A stretch of DNA of 64,000 nt, from the NCBI GenBank assembly GCA_018992685.1, contig JACVGT010000003.1:1-64000 (forward strand), read 5' to 3'. Below the pieces are notes generated by a model, which was given only the letters and a program-made list of their open reading frames with translations, was not told where the DNA came from and searched no databases. Source of the DNA: Theionarchaea archaeon. GTDB lineage: Archaea; Methanobacteriota_B; Thermococci; Methanofastidiosales; SZ-28-30. Below, one piece after another: positions 1 to 9,170 of this stretch (positions are counted from its first letter, which is position 1; the number at the start of each line of letters is the position of its first letter). Both the position numbers and the translations under genes were made by a program.

Positions 1-57
1 TGTGGATTGGACCAGTGGAACCAAAACGTATATAATCTGAAACACCTCACAGCACCC

Positions 58-1428
58 ATGCATGTAGCTATTCTGGGAGCGGGTCCTGCAGGTCTTTTTG
101 CCGCTTTGGAGTTGGCGGCCCACGTTCAAGTGACAGTCATGGAGGAGGGATCTGAACCTCTCAAGAGGAAGTGTCCAGTTGCCTCTCAGAACAACTGCAT
201 CAACTGCAACCCCTGCCAGATTACCTCTGGGGTGGGCGGAGCGGGCGCTCTCTCTGATGGAAAACTGAATTTGACATACAAGATTGGAGGAGATCCTCAA
301 TCACTTAGGAGGACCCCTGAAGAAATCCAGGAACTCATTAATTACATAGATGAGGTTTTCTTGAAATTCGGTGCAGATGCTGACAGTTATGGTGTGGATG
401 AGAAGTCTCTGGAGTGGCTGAAACGGAAAGCCTCCTCCAGTAACATCGAATTCATTTCTGGAAAGCAGAGGCACATGGGTACGGATAGAACACGAATGAT
501 AGTGTCCCATTTCTTTGAATATTTGAAGGCTCAGGGAGTGAAATTCCAGCTGCAGACAAAGGTAGAGGATATTGAAAGAGGCGACCACGAATTTCTCCTG
601 AAGACCACCAAAGGCAACCTCACCTGCAACTACCTTCTGGCAGCTCCCGGTAGAGCAGGAGCATACTGGCTGCGGACAAGAGCTAACTCACTGGGTGCAG
701 AGTCTAAGTATGGCCCCATTGATGTGGGAGTGCGGGTAGAGTTTCCGGCAGAACTCTACACCTCCATCGAGCACGTCATGTATGATGCAAAGTTCCACTT
801 GTATACTGAAACCTATGATGATTTTGTGAGAACATTCTGCACCAATCCCCACGGGTTTGTCACCGTGGAGAGATATGAGTCATTTGTGCTGGTAAATGGA
901 GATGCCCGAAAGGATGTGAAAAGCGACAACACCAACCTGGCACTGCTGTCCCGTGTTGAACTCACCGATCCTGTGGAAGACACTACAGACTATGGCAGAT
1001 CCATTGCCCGACTTGCAAATACCATAGGAGGTGGAAAACCCATTCTTCAGAGGTACAAGGATTTGATCCGGGGGAAACGGTCCACCTGGTCCCGCCTTTC
1101 ACGTGCTCTCATATCGCCCACCCTCAAAGATGTAACTCCTGGAGACATAGCTATGGCCCTTCCCAACAGGATCGTGAAAAACATGATCGAAGGTATTGAA
1201 CGGCTGGATTCGGTCATAGAAGGAATCGCCTCTGATAGCACCTTGCTCTATGCTCCAGAAATCAAGTTTTATGACACTTCCTATGTGGTCACCCGAGATC
1301 TGGAAACCCAGGTTCCGGACTTCTTTGTAGCTGGGGATGCTTCTGGCTTTTCCAGGGGGATTATCTACGCTGCAGTCACAGGCATTATTGCAGCACGAGG
1401 AATCATCAAGAAACTGAATACACAGTAA
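58..1428 (+). CDS. FAD-dependent oxidoreductase (COG2509-like)
   Basis: GAGPAG Rossmann motif, Cys-rich CPV..NCINCNPC, GVGGAGALSDGK, RTFCTNP, C-terminal AGDASG. TATA box ~25 nt upstream of ATG 58 suggests a leaderless start. Confidence 0.85.
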   Translation: MHVAILGAGPAGLFAALELAAHVQVTVMEEGSEPLKRKCPVASQNNCINCNPCQITSGVGGAGALSDGKLNLTYKIGGDPQSLRRTPEEIQELINYIDEVFLKFGADADSYGVDEKSLEWLKRKASSSNIEFISGKQRHMGTDRTRMIVSHFFEYLKAQGVKFQLQTKVEDIERGDHEFLLKTTKGNLTCNYLLAAPGRAGAYWLRTRANSLGAESKYGPIDVGVRVEFPAELYTSIEHVMYDAKFHLYTETYDDFVRTFCTNPHGFVTVERYESFVLVNGDARKDVKSDNTNLALLSRVELTDPVEDTTDYGRSIARLANTIGGGKPILQRYKDLIRGKRSTWSRLSRALISPTLKDVTPGDIAMALPNRIVKNMIEGIERLDSVIEGIASDSTLLYAPEIKFYDTSYVVTRDLETQVPDFFVAGDASGFSRGIIYAAVTGIIAARGIIKKLNTQ

Positions 1429-1680
1429 TATTCCCTGCACAATCTGGCAGTCTCCGAAGTCTTCAATAGGGAACTACTCAGTATAAATAGCCATGAAGAA
1501 AAGAGGAGGATTTTCAGAGATATTCGCCTGAGAGTATTCCTTTTGAACCCGAAGAATTGCTTACATAAGACAAAGGTAACATTTATATAGAGGATATCGA
1601 TAAAAATAGTTTGGGAAAGGGTGTAACATCGATCGCAGGAAGCTTCGCGAGCTGAAATAAAGGAGAGGAGGTGTCTTTAG

Positions 1681-1767
1681 ATGAGTAGAAGACCGAAATA
1701 TAGAGTAAGAAGGCCCCCGAGGAAAGATTCAGAAAACCTTCCCGATACGTATGCTTTATTCCCTTAG
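1681..1767 (+). CDS. Putative 28-aa small protein (MSRRPKYRVRRPPRKDSENLPDTYALFP)
   Basis: Strong SD GGAGGTG just upstream of the ATG, TATA-like TTTATATA at ~1581-1588, T-rich tract after the stop. Below the ORF-track size cut-off. Confidence 0.55.
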   Translation: MSRRPKYRVRRPPRKDSENLPDTYALFP

Positions 1768-1977
1768 GAAGTTCTAATCCTTCCTCATTTTATTATTTTT
1801 CTCCATGACTTATTGAGGCCTGAGCAGGAAAAGAGACGTCGATCCTCCACACTATCAGCATCAATCGGTCTTTCATTAGATCTCTTTGTAGCAGAATCTG
1901 TCGGAAATATTTGGCTATTGACAAAACTTGCTATGGTTGTGGAAAGATTTTTAAGTGTGTCAAGCAAACCCTCTCTC

Positions 1978-3540
1978 ATGATCATCCAGGCGCAGATCGG
2001 TGCATGCGGGACGTGCATTAATTCTAATATATATGAAGGATTAGATGACGTGTACTTTGTTGCCCATTCTCTTGCCCCTGAGAGAATCTTCAAGAAGAAG
2101 ACAGTAGAGGACATGCCTCCTGCCGAGGTTGGGATTATTGACGGGCCCATCTGCCTTCAGGGGAGGGAAGAGAGTATTCAACTGGCTGAATTGGTCAGAG
2201 AAAAGAGTACGATCCTGCTGGGTGTTGGCAGCTGCACTGTGGGCAGTTCTGCTATTGGAGGATTTATCACTGAAGATTGCTCCCGATTACTCCCTTTTTT
2301 CTGTCCGTTCTTGCGAACCAGACACCCAAAGGTTGAAGACGTTGTATCATTTGACTATAAGCTACCTGTATGTTCAGCCACCCAGGAAGGGCTTAGAAAG
2401 TTCGTGAAAGCCGTTCTCGATAATGATAAAGCTCATATACGGTATTTTGAGGCACCAGGAACTAATACAATTCGGGCGGTGACAGAAGCAGAAGCATGCA
2501 TGGGGTGCGGGACCTGTGCCATGGCATGTCCTACACGGGCAATTTCCTTTGTGGAGCAGCGCCCCAGAATTGATGGCGCCACGTGTATCAGATGTGGAGC
2601 CTGCTTCATCCAGTGTCCTCGCACCTTCTTTAACGCGGAGGCCCTCTCTGTAGACAGGTTTAACCAGAGTCCTGATCCATATCTGGGATATTACCAGGAG
2701 ATGTACAGTGCTCGATCCAAGAACAAGACAACACTGGATGTGTCCCAGGACGGGGGAATTGTCACTGACTTTCTGTGCTATCTATTGGAAAGTGATGTGG
2801 TGGATGCTGCCGTGGTGGCAGGCTCCTACCATGGGTGGAACCCTGTTCCTCAAGTAGCGACGTCGCCACGCGAGGTGGCTGCAAGTGCAGGGACTAAGTA
2901 CAGTGTATCTCCCAATGTTCAGGGGATACAGGATGCTGTTGACAGAGGATTTGGTCGTATTGCCTTTGTAGGTGTACCCTGTCAGGTGCAGGGAGTGGCC
3001 AAAGCTCTGGCCTATCCCTTTGGAGACAGATACTACCACTCCAAGATCGCCGTGGTAATCAGCATTTTTTGTATGGAGAACTTCCTGTTCAACGAGTTAC
3101 GTTCTATTGTGGAAGGGAAGACAGAAATCCCCATGGAATATGTTGACAAGATGGGAATCAGCAAAGGTCGGTTCTGGGTGCGAACAGAAGACCGCAATGT
3201 GTTCACTATCCCTGTCAAGTATATTGAGTCTTATGCTCAGAAGAGCTGTTCTCTCTGCCTGGACTTCTGTGGGGAACTCAGTGACATTTCCGTGGGAAGT
3301 GTGGGAAGTCCTCAGGGATACAGCTCAGTTATTGTTAGATCGAATAACGGCAAGAATCTATTCAATGAGTTTTCGTCTCTCATCGAGTGTTCCCCTCTCT
3401 CAGAGGAAGGAGTCTCCACCATCAGGAACCTGGCTTCCCTGAAAAAGACCAAGAATGGAATGATAACCCGGGAGCTGATCACCCATAAACGCTGGTCCAT
3501 CCTTGATACCCTGGTGGACATTATTAATCCTCTCCCATAA
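1978..3540 (+). CDS. Fused FrhG-like/FrhB-like protein (coenzyme F420 hydrogenase gamma + beta subunit domains)
   Basis: N-terminal hydrogenase small-subunit-like motifs (GACGTC, GVGSC, KLPVC), two CxxCxxCxxxCP ferredoxin motifs, then FrhB motifs SQDGGIVT, GTKY, VGVPCQ, FCMENF, C..C.DF...SDISVGSVGSP. TATA TTTTAAG lies ~25 nt before ATG 1978. Confidence 0.85.
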   Translation: MIIQAQIGACGTCINSNIYEGLDDVYFVAHSLAPERIFKKKTVEDMPPAEVGIIDGPICLQGREESIQLAELVREKSTILLGVGSCTVGSSAIGGFITEDCSRLLPFFCPFLRTRHPKVEDVVSFDYKLPVCSATQEGLRKFVKAVLDNDKAHIRYFEAPGTNTIRAVTEAEACMGCGTCAMACPTRAISFVEQRPRIDGATCIRCGACFIQCPRTFFNAEALSVDRFNQSPDPYLGYYQEMYSARSKNKTTLDVSQDGGIVTDFLCYLLESDVVDAAVVAGSYHGWNPVPQVATSPREVAASAGTKYSVSPNVQGIQDAVDRGFGRIAFVGVPCQVQGVAKALAYPFGDRYYHSKIAVVISIFCMENFLFNELRSIVEGKTEIPMEYVDKMGISKGRFWVRTEDRNVFTIPVKYIESYAQKSCSLCLDFCGELSDISVGSVGSPQGYSSVIVRSNNGKNLFNEFSSLIECSPLSEEGVSTIRNLASLKKTKNGMITRELITHKRWSILDTLVDIINPLP

Positions 3541-3672
3541 TTCCTTTCCTTCCAAGATAGATTCCACACGACGTCCAAAGGACTTCGTTGTTCACTAGAG
3601 AGAGCGGGCAGGAATGGTCTTTCAATTGAGTGAACAATTGGATTAGACATGACATAACAATTAATACTTGTG

Positions 3673-3726
3673 ATTTGACAATTCCGATGATTTGTTGCAT
3701 TATAGTACCGAAATATTTATAAATTG
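3673..3726 (+). promoter_or_regulatory. Operon-1 promoter (upstream conserved element + BRE + TATA)
   Basis: ...TTTGTTGCATTATAGTACCGAAATATTTATAAAT. 54 bp are identical to 15487-15540 and the core is similar to 10218-10251. Confidence 0.8.
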
Positions 3727-4432
3727 GAGGGAGAAGTAAGACTGGTGATACGCATGCCAAAAGTGATTGGAATTTGCGGAAGTGAACGACTCAAAGGGAA
3801 TACAGAACAATTCATTCAACGCGCACTGGACGTCATTTCAGACTACGGTATCAAAACAGAGCTCATCACTCTTGCTGACAAAAAGATTATTAGTGGATGT
3901 ACAGCCTGCAACTGGTGTAGATCAAACCGCGCGGAATGTGTGAAAAAAGATGATTTCATGCCAATCTGGAAGAAGATGTATGAGGCAGATGGCATTATCC
4001 TAGGCTCTCCTGTTTACTGGGGAAGTGTTACCGCGAAGATGAAAGCAGTGATCGAGAGGGCAGGACTCATGGCTGAGGGCAGAGAACTGGGTAACGTAGA
4101 TGGCCCGGTCAAAGATCTGGGCTGGCCCTACGACGAAAAGCCCCCCGGCCTGCTCTACCACAAGGTGGGAGGAGCTATTGCCACCACCCGGAGGACAGGA
4201 GCCAATGCAACCCTTGCCGAATTATTGATGTGGTTCATGATCAACAACTTCATTGTTGTGGGCTCCTCATACTGGACCATTGGTGTGGGAACCAAGAGAG
4301 TTGCCAAAGAGACGAAAGGTGGGAAACCCGGAAGCACGCACACCACCACCATGCTGGAAACAGATGTGGAAGGAGCCGTTACCATCAAGCACTTTGGTGA
4401 GAATTTTGCGTGGGTTGTCAACAACCTTCACG
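3673..4432 (+). repeat. 760-bp direct repeat, copy 1 (promoter + flavoprotein gene)
   Basis: Aligns without indels to 15487-16246 at a constant offset of 11814 bp. Confidence 0.95.
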
Positions 4433-4440
4433 ATAAGTGA
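3754..4440 (+). CDS. Iron-sulfur flavoprotein (Isf)/flavodoxin-fold FMN reductase family, copy 1
   Basis: GICGSER..GNT FMN loop, CxxCxxC-x6-C cluster motif, ADGIILGSPVYWG, KVGGAI. Confidence 0.88.
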   Translation: MPKVIGICGSERLKGNTEQFIQRALDVISDYGIKTELITLADKKIISGCTACNWCRSNRAECVKKDDFMPIWKKMYEADGIILGSPVYWGSVTAKMKAVIERAGLMAEGRELGNVDGPVKDLGWPYDEKPPGLLYHKVGGAIATTRRTGANATLAELLMWFMINNFIVVGSSYWTIGVGTKRVAKETKGGKPGSTHTTTMLETDVEGAVTIKHFGENFAWVVNNLHDK

Positions 4441-4457
4441 AGCATGAGGCGATTAAC

Positions 4458-5621
4458 ATGAAAATACTGTTGCTTGGCGGGGCTGGGCTCATGGGTCCAG
4501 CCATTGCCAAGGACTTGGTCAGGAGCAAAGATGTCGAACAGTTGGTAGTCGGGGATATTGTTAAAGATAAGATGGAAACCCTTAAGAAGGAAGCCAAGAG
4601 TGACAAATTACGCCTGGAGATCGTAGATGTTCGAGATCGCGATGGTCTTATTACTTACATGAAAAAAGAAGGGTTTGATGTGGTGATTAATTCTCTGCCC
4701 CACGAGTTCAGCGTTCCCAGCATTGAAACCTGCATAGAAGCAGGTAAAGATGTAGTCGATCTTGCTTTTGAGCCCCCCCAGCTGGAGCTTGATGACAAGG
4801 CACGGAAAGCTGGGGTCTGTGTGGTACCTGCATGTGGGATGGATCCTGGCATCACCAATGTCCTGACAGGATACGGAGTGAGCCAGCTTGATCGGGCAGA
4901 CGAGGTACACATCATTGCAGGCGGCATTCCACAGCAGCCATTCCCGCCTCTTCAGCACAAGATTCTGTTCAGACTGGAAAGCCTGTGGATGGAATATATT
5001 GAACCCTCTCTTGCAATAAGAAACGGGAAAAAAGTGGAACTCAAGACACTCTCTGAAGTTGAGACGGTGGATTTTCCAGGCATAGGTCCCCTGGAATGTG
5101 CTGTAACCCCCACTTTGGCTTCCATGCCCTACACTATCAAAGGAGTCAAGGAAATGGAATGCAAATGTCCCCGCTGGCCGGGTCACTATGATAAGATCAA
5201 AACATTCATCGAATGCAATCTGTTGAGCGGAGAACCCGTTGCTGTGGGGGACCAGAAAGTGGTGCCCAGAAAGCTACTCAGTGCCCTGCTGTCCCCCATT
5301 ATGGAACTGGGAAGAGACGAGAGGGATGTCACCATCATCAGGGTGACAGTGATAGGAGAGAAGGACGGTATTAAGACCCAGCTCACCTATGACATCATTG
5401 ATTGGTATGATGAAAAGCAAAAAGTGACTTCAGTCGCCCGCACCACAGGATACCCGGCCTCCATAGTAGCTCAGATGATTGCCAAGAATGAAATCACTGA
5501 AAAGGGCGTGCTCTTCCCTGAATGTGCTATTACTCCTCAACTATTCCCCTTGTTTGCTCAGGAGCTTGCCAAGAGAGGTATATGTATTGAAGAGACCATA
5601 GAAACCTCACGCACCATGTAA
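4458..5621 (+). CDS. Saccharopine dehydrogenase/lysine 6-dehydrogenase family protein
   Basis: GGAGLMG Rossmann motif, CGMDPG, RWPGH, ARTTGYPA motifs. Confidence 0.88.
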   Translation: MKILLLGGAGLMGPAIAKDLVRSKDVEQLVVGDIVKDKMETLKKEAKSDKLRLEIVDVRDRDGLITYMKKEGFDVVINSLPHEFSVPSIETCIEAGKDVVDLAFEPPQLELDDKARKAGVCVVPACGMDPGITNVLTGYGVSQLDRADEVHIIAGGIPQQPFPPLQHKILFRLESLWMEYIEPSLAIRNGKKVELKTLSEVETVDFPGIGPLECAVTPTLASMPYTIKGVKEMECKCPRWPGHYDKIKTFIECNLLSGEPVAVGDQKVVPRKLLSALLSPIMELGRDERDVTIIRVTVIGEKDGIKTQLTYDIIDWYDEKQKVTSVARTTGYPASIVAQMIAKNEITEKGVLFPECAITPQLFPLFAQELAKRGICIEETIETSRTM

Positions 5622-5651
5622 ACAGAACACGGCATGAAAAGGAGAGGAATC

Positions 5652-6185
5652 ATGAAAATAATCAAAGTGAACCCTTCGCGATGCACAGGATGTCGAAGTT
5701 GTGAAATTGCTTGTTCTTTCGAGAACCTGGGCGAATGCAACCCATCCAGAGCTCGGATACACATTATTTCAGACAGGATTAGGGGCATCAATCTGCCCCT
5801 GGTCTGTCAGCAGTGCAGGGATGCCCCCTGCAAGGCAGCTTGCCCCACCGGGGCTCTGGGCGAAGACCCTGAAACCCATGCTGTGATAGTCCACGAGAAC
5901 AAGTGTATTGGATGCAGGCAGTGCGTTCTTGCCTGTCCTTTCGGAGCTATCGACGTCTACCAGGATATGGGTCATTCCTTCAAATGCAACCTGTGCCATG
6001 GCACCCCACAGTGTGTTGAGGCATGCGAGGAAGATGCACTCACCTTTGTGGAAGAAGTTCGCGAGAACAGGGACAAGAACTGGCACATAGCCGAGATTCT
6101 CCAGAAGATCATGCAGGCCAAGGATGCTGATTCCGGACCTGACTTTTCAGGAGACACGTACAGTGAATGGAAGAAGGTGGTATGA
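5652..6185 (+). CDS. Polyferredoxin-type 4x[4Fe-4S] subunit (AorA/HydN/DmsB-like)
   Basis: CTGCRSCEIAC, CQQC..APC...CP, CIGCRQCVLACPFG, KCNLC.....C...C; overlaps the AOR start. Confidence 0.9.
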   Translation: MKIIKVNPSRCTGCRSCEIACSFENLGECNPSRARIHIISDRIRGINLPLVCQQCRDAPCKAACPTGALGEDPETHAVIVHENKCIGCRQCVLACPFGAIDVYQDMGHSFKCNLCHGTPQCVEACEEDALTFVEEVRENRDKNWHIAEILQKIMQAKDADSGPDFSGDTYSEWKKVV

Positions 6186-8104
6186 TGCACGGATGGGCAG
6201 GTAGGATATTGAGAATTGACCTTTCAAAAGGAAAAATCACTGAGCAGGAGACTCCCAAAGATCTGCGAGCCCTGGTCATTGGGGGGAGAGGAATCAACTC
6301 AAAAATTTTGTATGATGAAGTCTCTCCTGACCTCGACCCCCTGGATCCCCGGGCAAAATTGATAGTGGGTGCCGGTCCTTTTGTAGGCACACTGGTTCCC
6401 ACAGCGTGCAGAGGGACAGTGACCCATAAGGGTCCTTTCACCTTCGCCTTTTGTGACAGCAATTTTGGCGGGTTCTTCACCCCAGAGATGAAATATGCAG
6501 GGTATGATCACCTTGTGGTTGAGGGCAGGTCTGAACAGCCTGTATACGTGTGGATAGATGATGGTCATGTTGAACTTCGGAAAGCTACGTCTCTGTGGGG
6601 ACTGGATACGCTCACATCTTTCAGAGAAATTGAAGATGCTCTTGGAGACCGGGAAGTTCACACCATGCTCATCGGACCCGCGGGAGAGAATCTGGTGCGG
6701 ACTGCCTGTGTCATGGTGGACTACTGGAGAGCAGCGGGATGGGCGGGGACAGGAGCTCTCATGGGTTCCAAGAACCTCAAGGCCATTTCCGTGAGAGGCA
6801 CTCGTGCGTTGACTGTTGCCCAGCCCAAACGATTTGAAGCTGCCTGCAAGAAAGCACGGCAGATGATGATCAACGGACCCAGGACCCCTCTGTACAAGCG
6901 ATATGGTAGGTTGTCTAACATTGAATCTCTCCGCCACCGGGGCGGGGATGGGGTGGAGAACTACCGTATCCCTGACATGCCTGAAGAAGGATTCAAGACC
7001 TTCAATTCAGAGAATATCAGGCAGACCATTTACACACATCGAGAAGGGTGCTTCAACTGTCCAATCGGGTGTGGTCACAGTTTCAAAGTCAAAGTCAATG
7101 GAAAGCACATTCATGCCAGCAAAATAGAGTATGCCCCTGCGGGCGATGTGAAGGCTCTGGGCATTTACAATCCCGAATTTCTGGCCACATGGGTGTATGA
7201 GGTGAATAAATGGGGACTGGATACGACAGGGACTCAAAATGTGATTGCCTTTGCTATGGAATGTTACGAGAACGGTCTCATCACAGACAAAGAAACGGGA
7301 GGCATTGACCTGACCTTTGGAAACGAAGAAGCCACACTAGCTATTCTGCACAAAATCGTGTTTCGAGAGGGTATTGGTGATATTCTGGCAGAAGGTACCA
7401 ATCTGGCTGCCACGAAGATTGGGAAAGGTGCTGAAAAGTATGCTATGACCATCAAGGGAGCTCGATTACATCTGGATCCCCGTATTGGCTGGGGATTGAT
7501 GCTGTCTCATGCAGTGGCCTCTCGAGGAGCAGATCATCTCAAAGGCACACCCTGGATAGAGTTCTGGGATTTCGCAGCAATCAAGGATGAGAACCTGGGA
7601 CAGAAGCTGTTTGGACATCCCAAGTCCATCGACGCAAGCACACCTGAGGGGAAGGAGTTCACCGTGAAATGGTATCAGGAATCCAAAGGGATAATTGACT
7701 CACTGGGGTTCTGTGCAGGCCAGGACAGCTCCACGTCTTTTGAGTACCCTGGTCACGCTGAGATGGCTGAAATGTTTTCTGCCTTGACTGGTCATGAGTA
7801 TTCAGCAGAGGATCTTCAGCTCGTGGGAGAGAGAATATATAATCTAGAGCAGGCGTACAATGTGCGGTGTGGACTGCGAAGAAAGGATGATTCCATCCCC
7901 GAACGATTCTTTGATAAATCCACTCCAACATCCAAGAACGCGAAGATAAAGACAGTGGACAGAGCCACCTTTGAGAAGATGAAAGACAACTACTACGAGC
8001 TGAGAGGATGGGACGTGAAAACAGCCATTCCCACCCAGAAGAAACTGAAGGAACTCGGTCTCAACGATGTAGCAAAAGATCTCAAGGAGTTGGAACATGA
8101 GTAG
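6182..8104 (+). CDS. aor: Tungsten-dependent aldehyde:ferredoxin oxidoreductase family protein
   Basis: GRILRIDLS, IGPAGENLV, GALMGSKNLKAI, CFNCPIGC, RGADHL, DSLGFC, YYELRGWD. Confidence 0.92.
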   Translation: MMHGWAGRILRIDLSKGKITEQETPKDLRALVIGGRGINSKILYDEVSPDLDPLDPRAKLIVGAGPFVGTLVPTACRGTVTHKGPFTFAFCDSNFGGFFTPEMKYAGYDHLVVEGRSEQPVYVWIDDGHVELRKATSLWGLDTLTSFREIEDALGDREVHTMLIGPAGENLVRTACVMVDYWRAAGWAGTGALMGSKNLKAISVRGTRALTVAQPKRFEAACKKARQMMINGPRTPLYKRYGRLSNIESLRHRGGDGVENYRIPDMPEEGFKTFNSENIRQTIYTHREGCFNCPIGCGHSFKVKVNGKHIHASKIEYAPAGDVKALGIYNPEFLATWVYEVNKWGLDTTGTQNVIAFAMECYENGLITDKETGGIDLTFGNEEATLAILHKIVFREGIGDILAEGTNLAATKIGKGAEKYAMTIKGARLHLDPRIGWGLMLSHAVASRGADHLKGTPWIEFWDFAAIKDENLGQKLFGHPKSIDASTPEGKEFTVKWYQESKGIIDSLGFCAGQDSSTSFEYPGHAEMAEMFSALTGHEYSAEDLQLVGERIYNLEQAYNVRCGLRRKDDSIPERFFDKSTPTSKNAKIKTVDRATFEKMKDNYYELRGWDVKTAIPTQKKLKELGLNDVAKDLKELEHE

Positions 8105-8390
8105 GTCCAAGACCATTACACTGGACTTTCCTTTTTCAGTGGTGGGAGTTGACCTCCCTGCTCGACACACCGTTGACGTGAAAGGAGACACGGTAGAAGA
8201 TCTCTTCAGAGAACTTTCTTCCCAATACGGGAGAAAGATGAGACGATACTTCTTCGACGAGCAGGGTACCTGGAATTCAGTGCTGAACATCTTAGTCAAT
8301 GAAACTAGTATATTGTATCTGAACCATGAGAAGACGACACTGAAGCCAGGTGATGTGGTAACTGTCCTTTTCCCCTACAGCGGGGGATGA
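8097..8390 (+). CDS. moaD: MoaD/ThiS/SAMP ubiquitin-like sulfur carrier
   Basis: 97 aa, TVEDL, ILVN, LKPGD, C-terminal di-glycine (PYSGG); overlaps the AOR stop. Confidence 0.85.
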   Translation: MSRSKTITLDFPFSVVGVDLPARHTVDVKGDTVEDLFRELSSQYGRKMRRYFFDEQGTWNSVLNILVNETSILYLNHEKTTLKPGDVVTVLFPYSGG

Positions 8391-8426
8391 CTCCGACGAG
8401 TTATTCGCTATGAGAGAGGTGACATC

Positions 8427-9155
8427 ATGAAAGAGTTATATGTGTTGGGAATTTGCGGTAGTCAGAGGAAGGGGGGAAATACAGAAAAAGCCTTAGACAT
8501 GGTTCTGTCTGCCCTTTCAGATCATGGCATTAAGACAGAGCTTGTGCAGCTCCACAACAAGGACGTGAAAGCGTGTATCTCCTGCAGATACTGCAGAGCA
8601 ATGCCGGTTGTGGAATGCAGCATAAAGGATGACTTCTATCCTGAGATCTTTGAGAAAATGGTCAAAGCAGACGGCATTATACTTGGTGCCCCGGTCTACT
8701 TTGGCAGCATACCAGCCAAGATGAAAGGACTCCTGGAAAGAGCAGGAATGCTCAGTGAAGGAAGGATCAGCATTGAGACTCCAGTTGATGACAAAAAGTG
8801 GCCCGGAGCACATTCCGGAATTAAATCAGATAAGAAAACGAAAGGAGGAGGCCTCTACAAGGGAAAAGTGGGTGGTGCTATCGTTACCACCCGGAGGACA
8901 GGAGCCAATGCTGCCCTGGCTGAATTGCTGATGTGGTTCATGATCTGCAATTTCACTGTGGTCAGTTCTTCTTATTGGACGGTGCTCATAGGCGGGAAGC
9001 GAATACCAGACGCTGTCAGATTCAAGAAAGAAGGAAAGGAATATTGGACCTCAGATCTGTCCAAGGACACCCTGGAACAGGATGAGGAAGGTAGAGAAGA
9101 CCTCGTCGACTTTGCAGAAAACTTTCAAGATGTGCTGTCCAGGTTGCGGGGCTGA
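8427..9155 (+). CDS. Iron-sulfur flavoprotein family, divergent third paralog
   Basis: GICGSQRKGGNT, CISCRYC-x7-C, ADGIILGAPVYFG, shared TTRRTGANA.LAELLMWFMI. Confidence 0.88.
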   Translation: MKELYVLGICGSQRKGGNTEKALDMVLSALSDHGIKTELVQLHNKDVKACISCRYCRAMPVVECSIKDDFYPEIFEKMVKADGIILGAPVYFGSIPAKMKGLLERAGMLSEGRISIETPVDDKKWPGAHSGIKSDKKTKGGGLYKGKVGGAIVTTRRTGANAALAELLMWFMICNFTVVSSSYWTVLIGGKRIPDAVRFKKEGKEYWTSDLSKDTLEQDEEGREDLVDFAENFQDVLSRLRG

Positions 9156-9170
9156 AGAACAGGTGAGCAC

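Noticed and set aside
1813-1977. N-terminal extension of the FrhG-FrhB ORF, and similar extensions at 7, 3724, 15538, 18419, 45641, 53638 and 60467
   Set aside because: These extensions run through TATA/SD elements or upstream genes; downstream starts fit the family N-termini better
3880-4074. Variable segment between the two flavoprotein copies as a diversity-generating retroelement TR/VR pair
   Set aside because: The differences are not adenine-specific, many are synonymous, both copies are intact genes, and there is no reverse transcriptase in the window
1978-8104. Selenocysteine or pyrrolysine recoding in the redox genes
   Set aside because: The Frh-like, FeS and AOR frames are uninterrupted, with Cys at the expected positions
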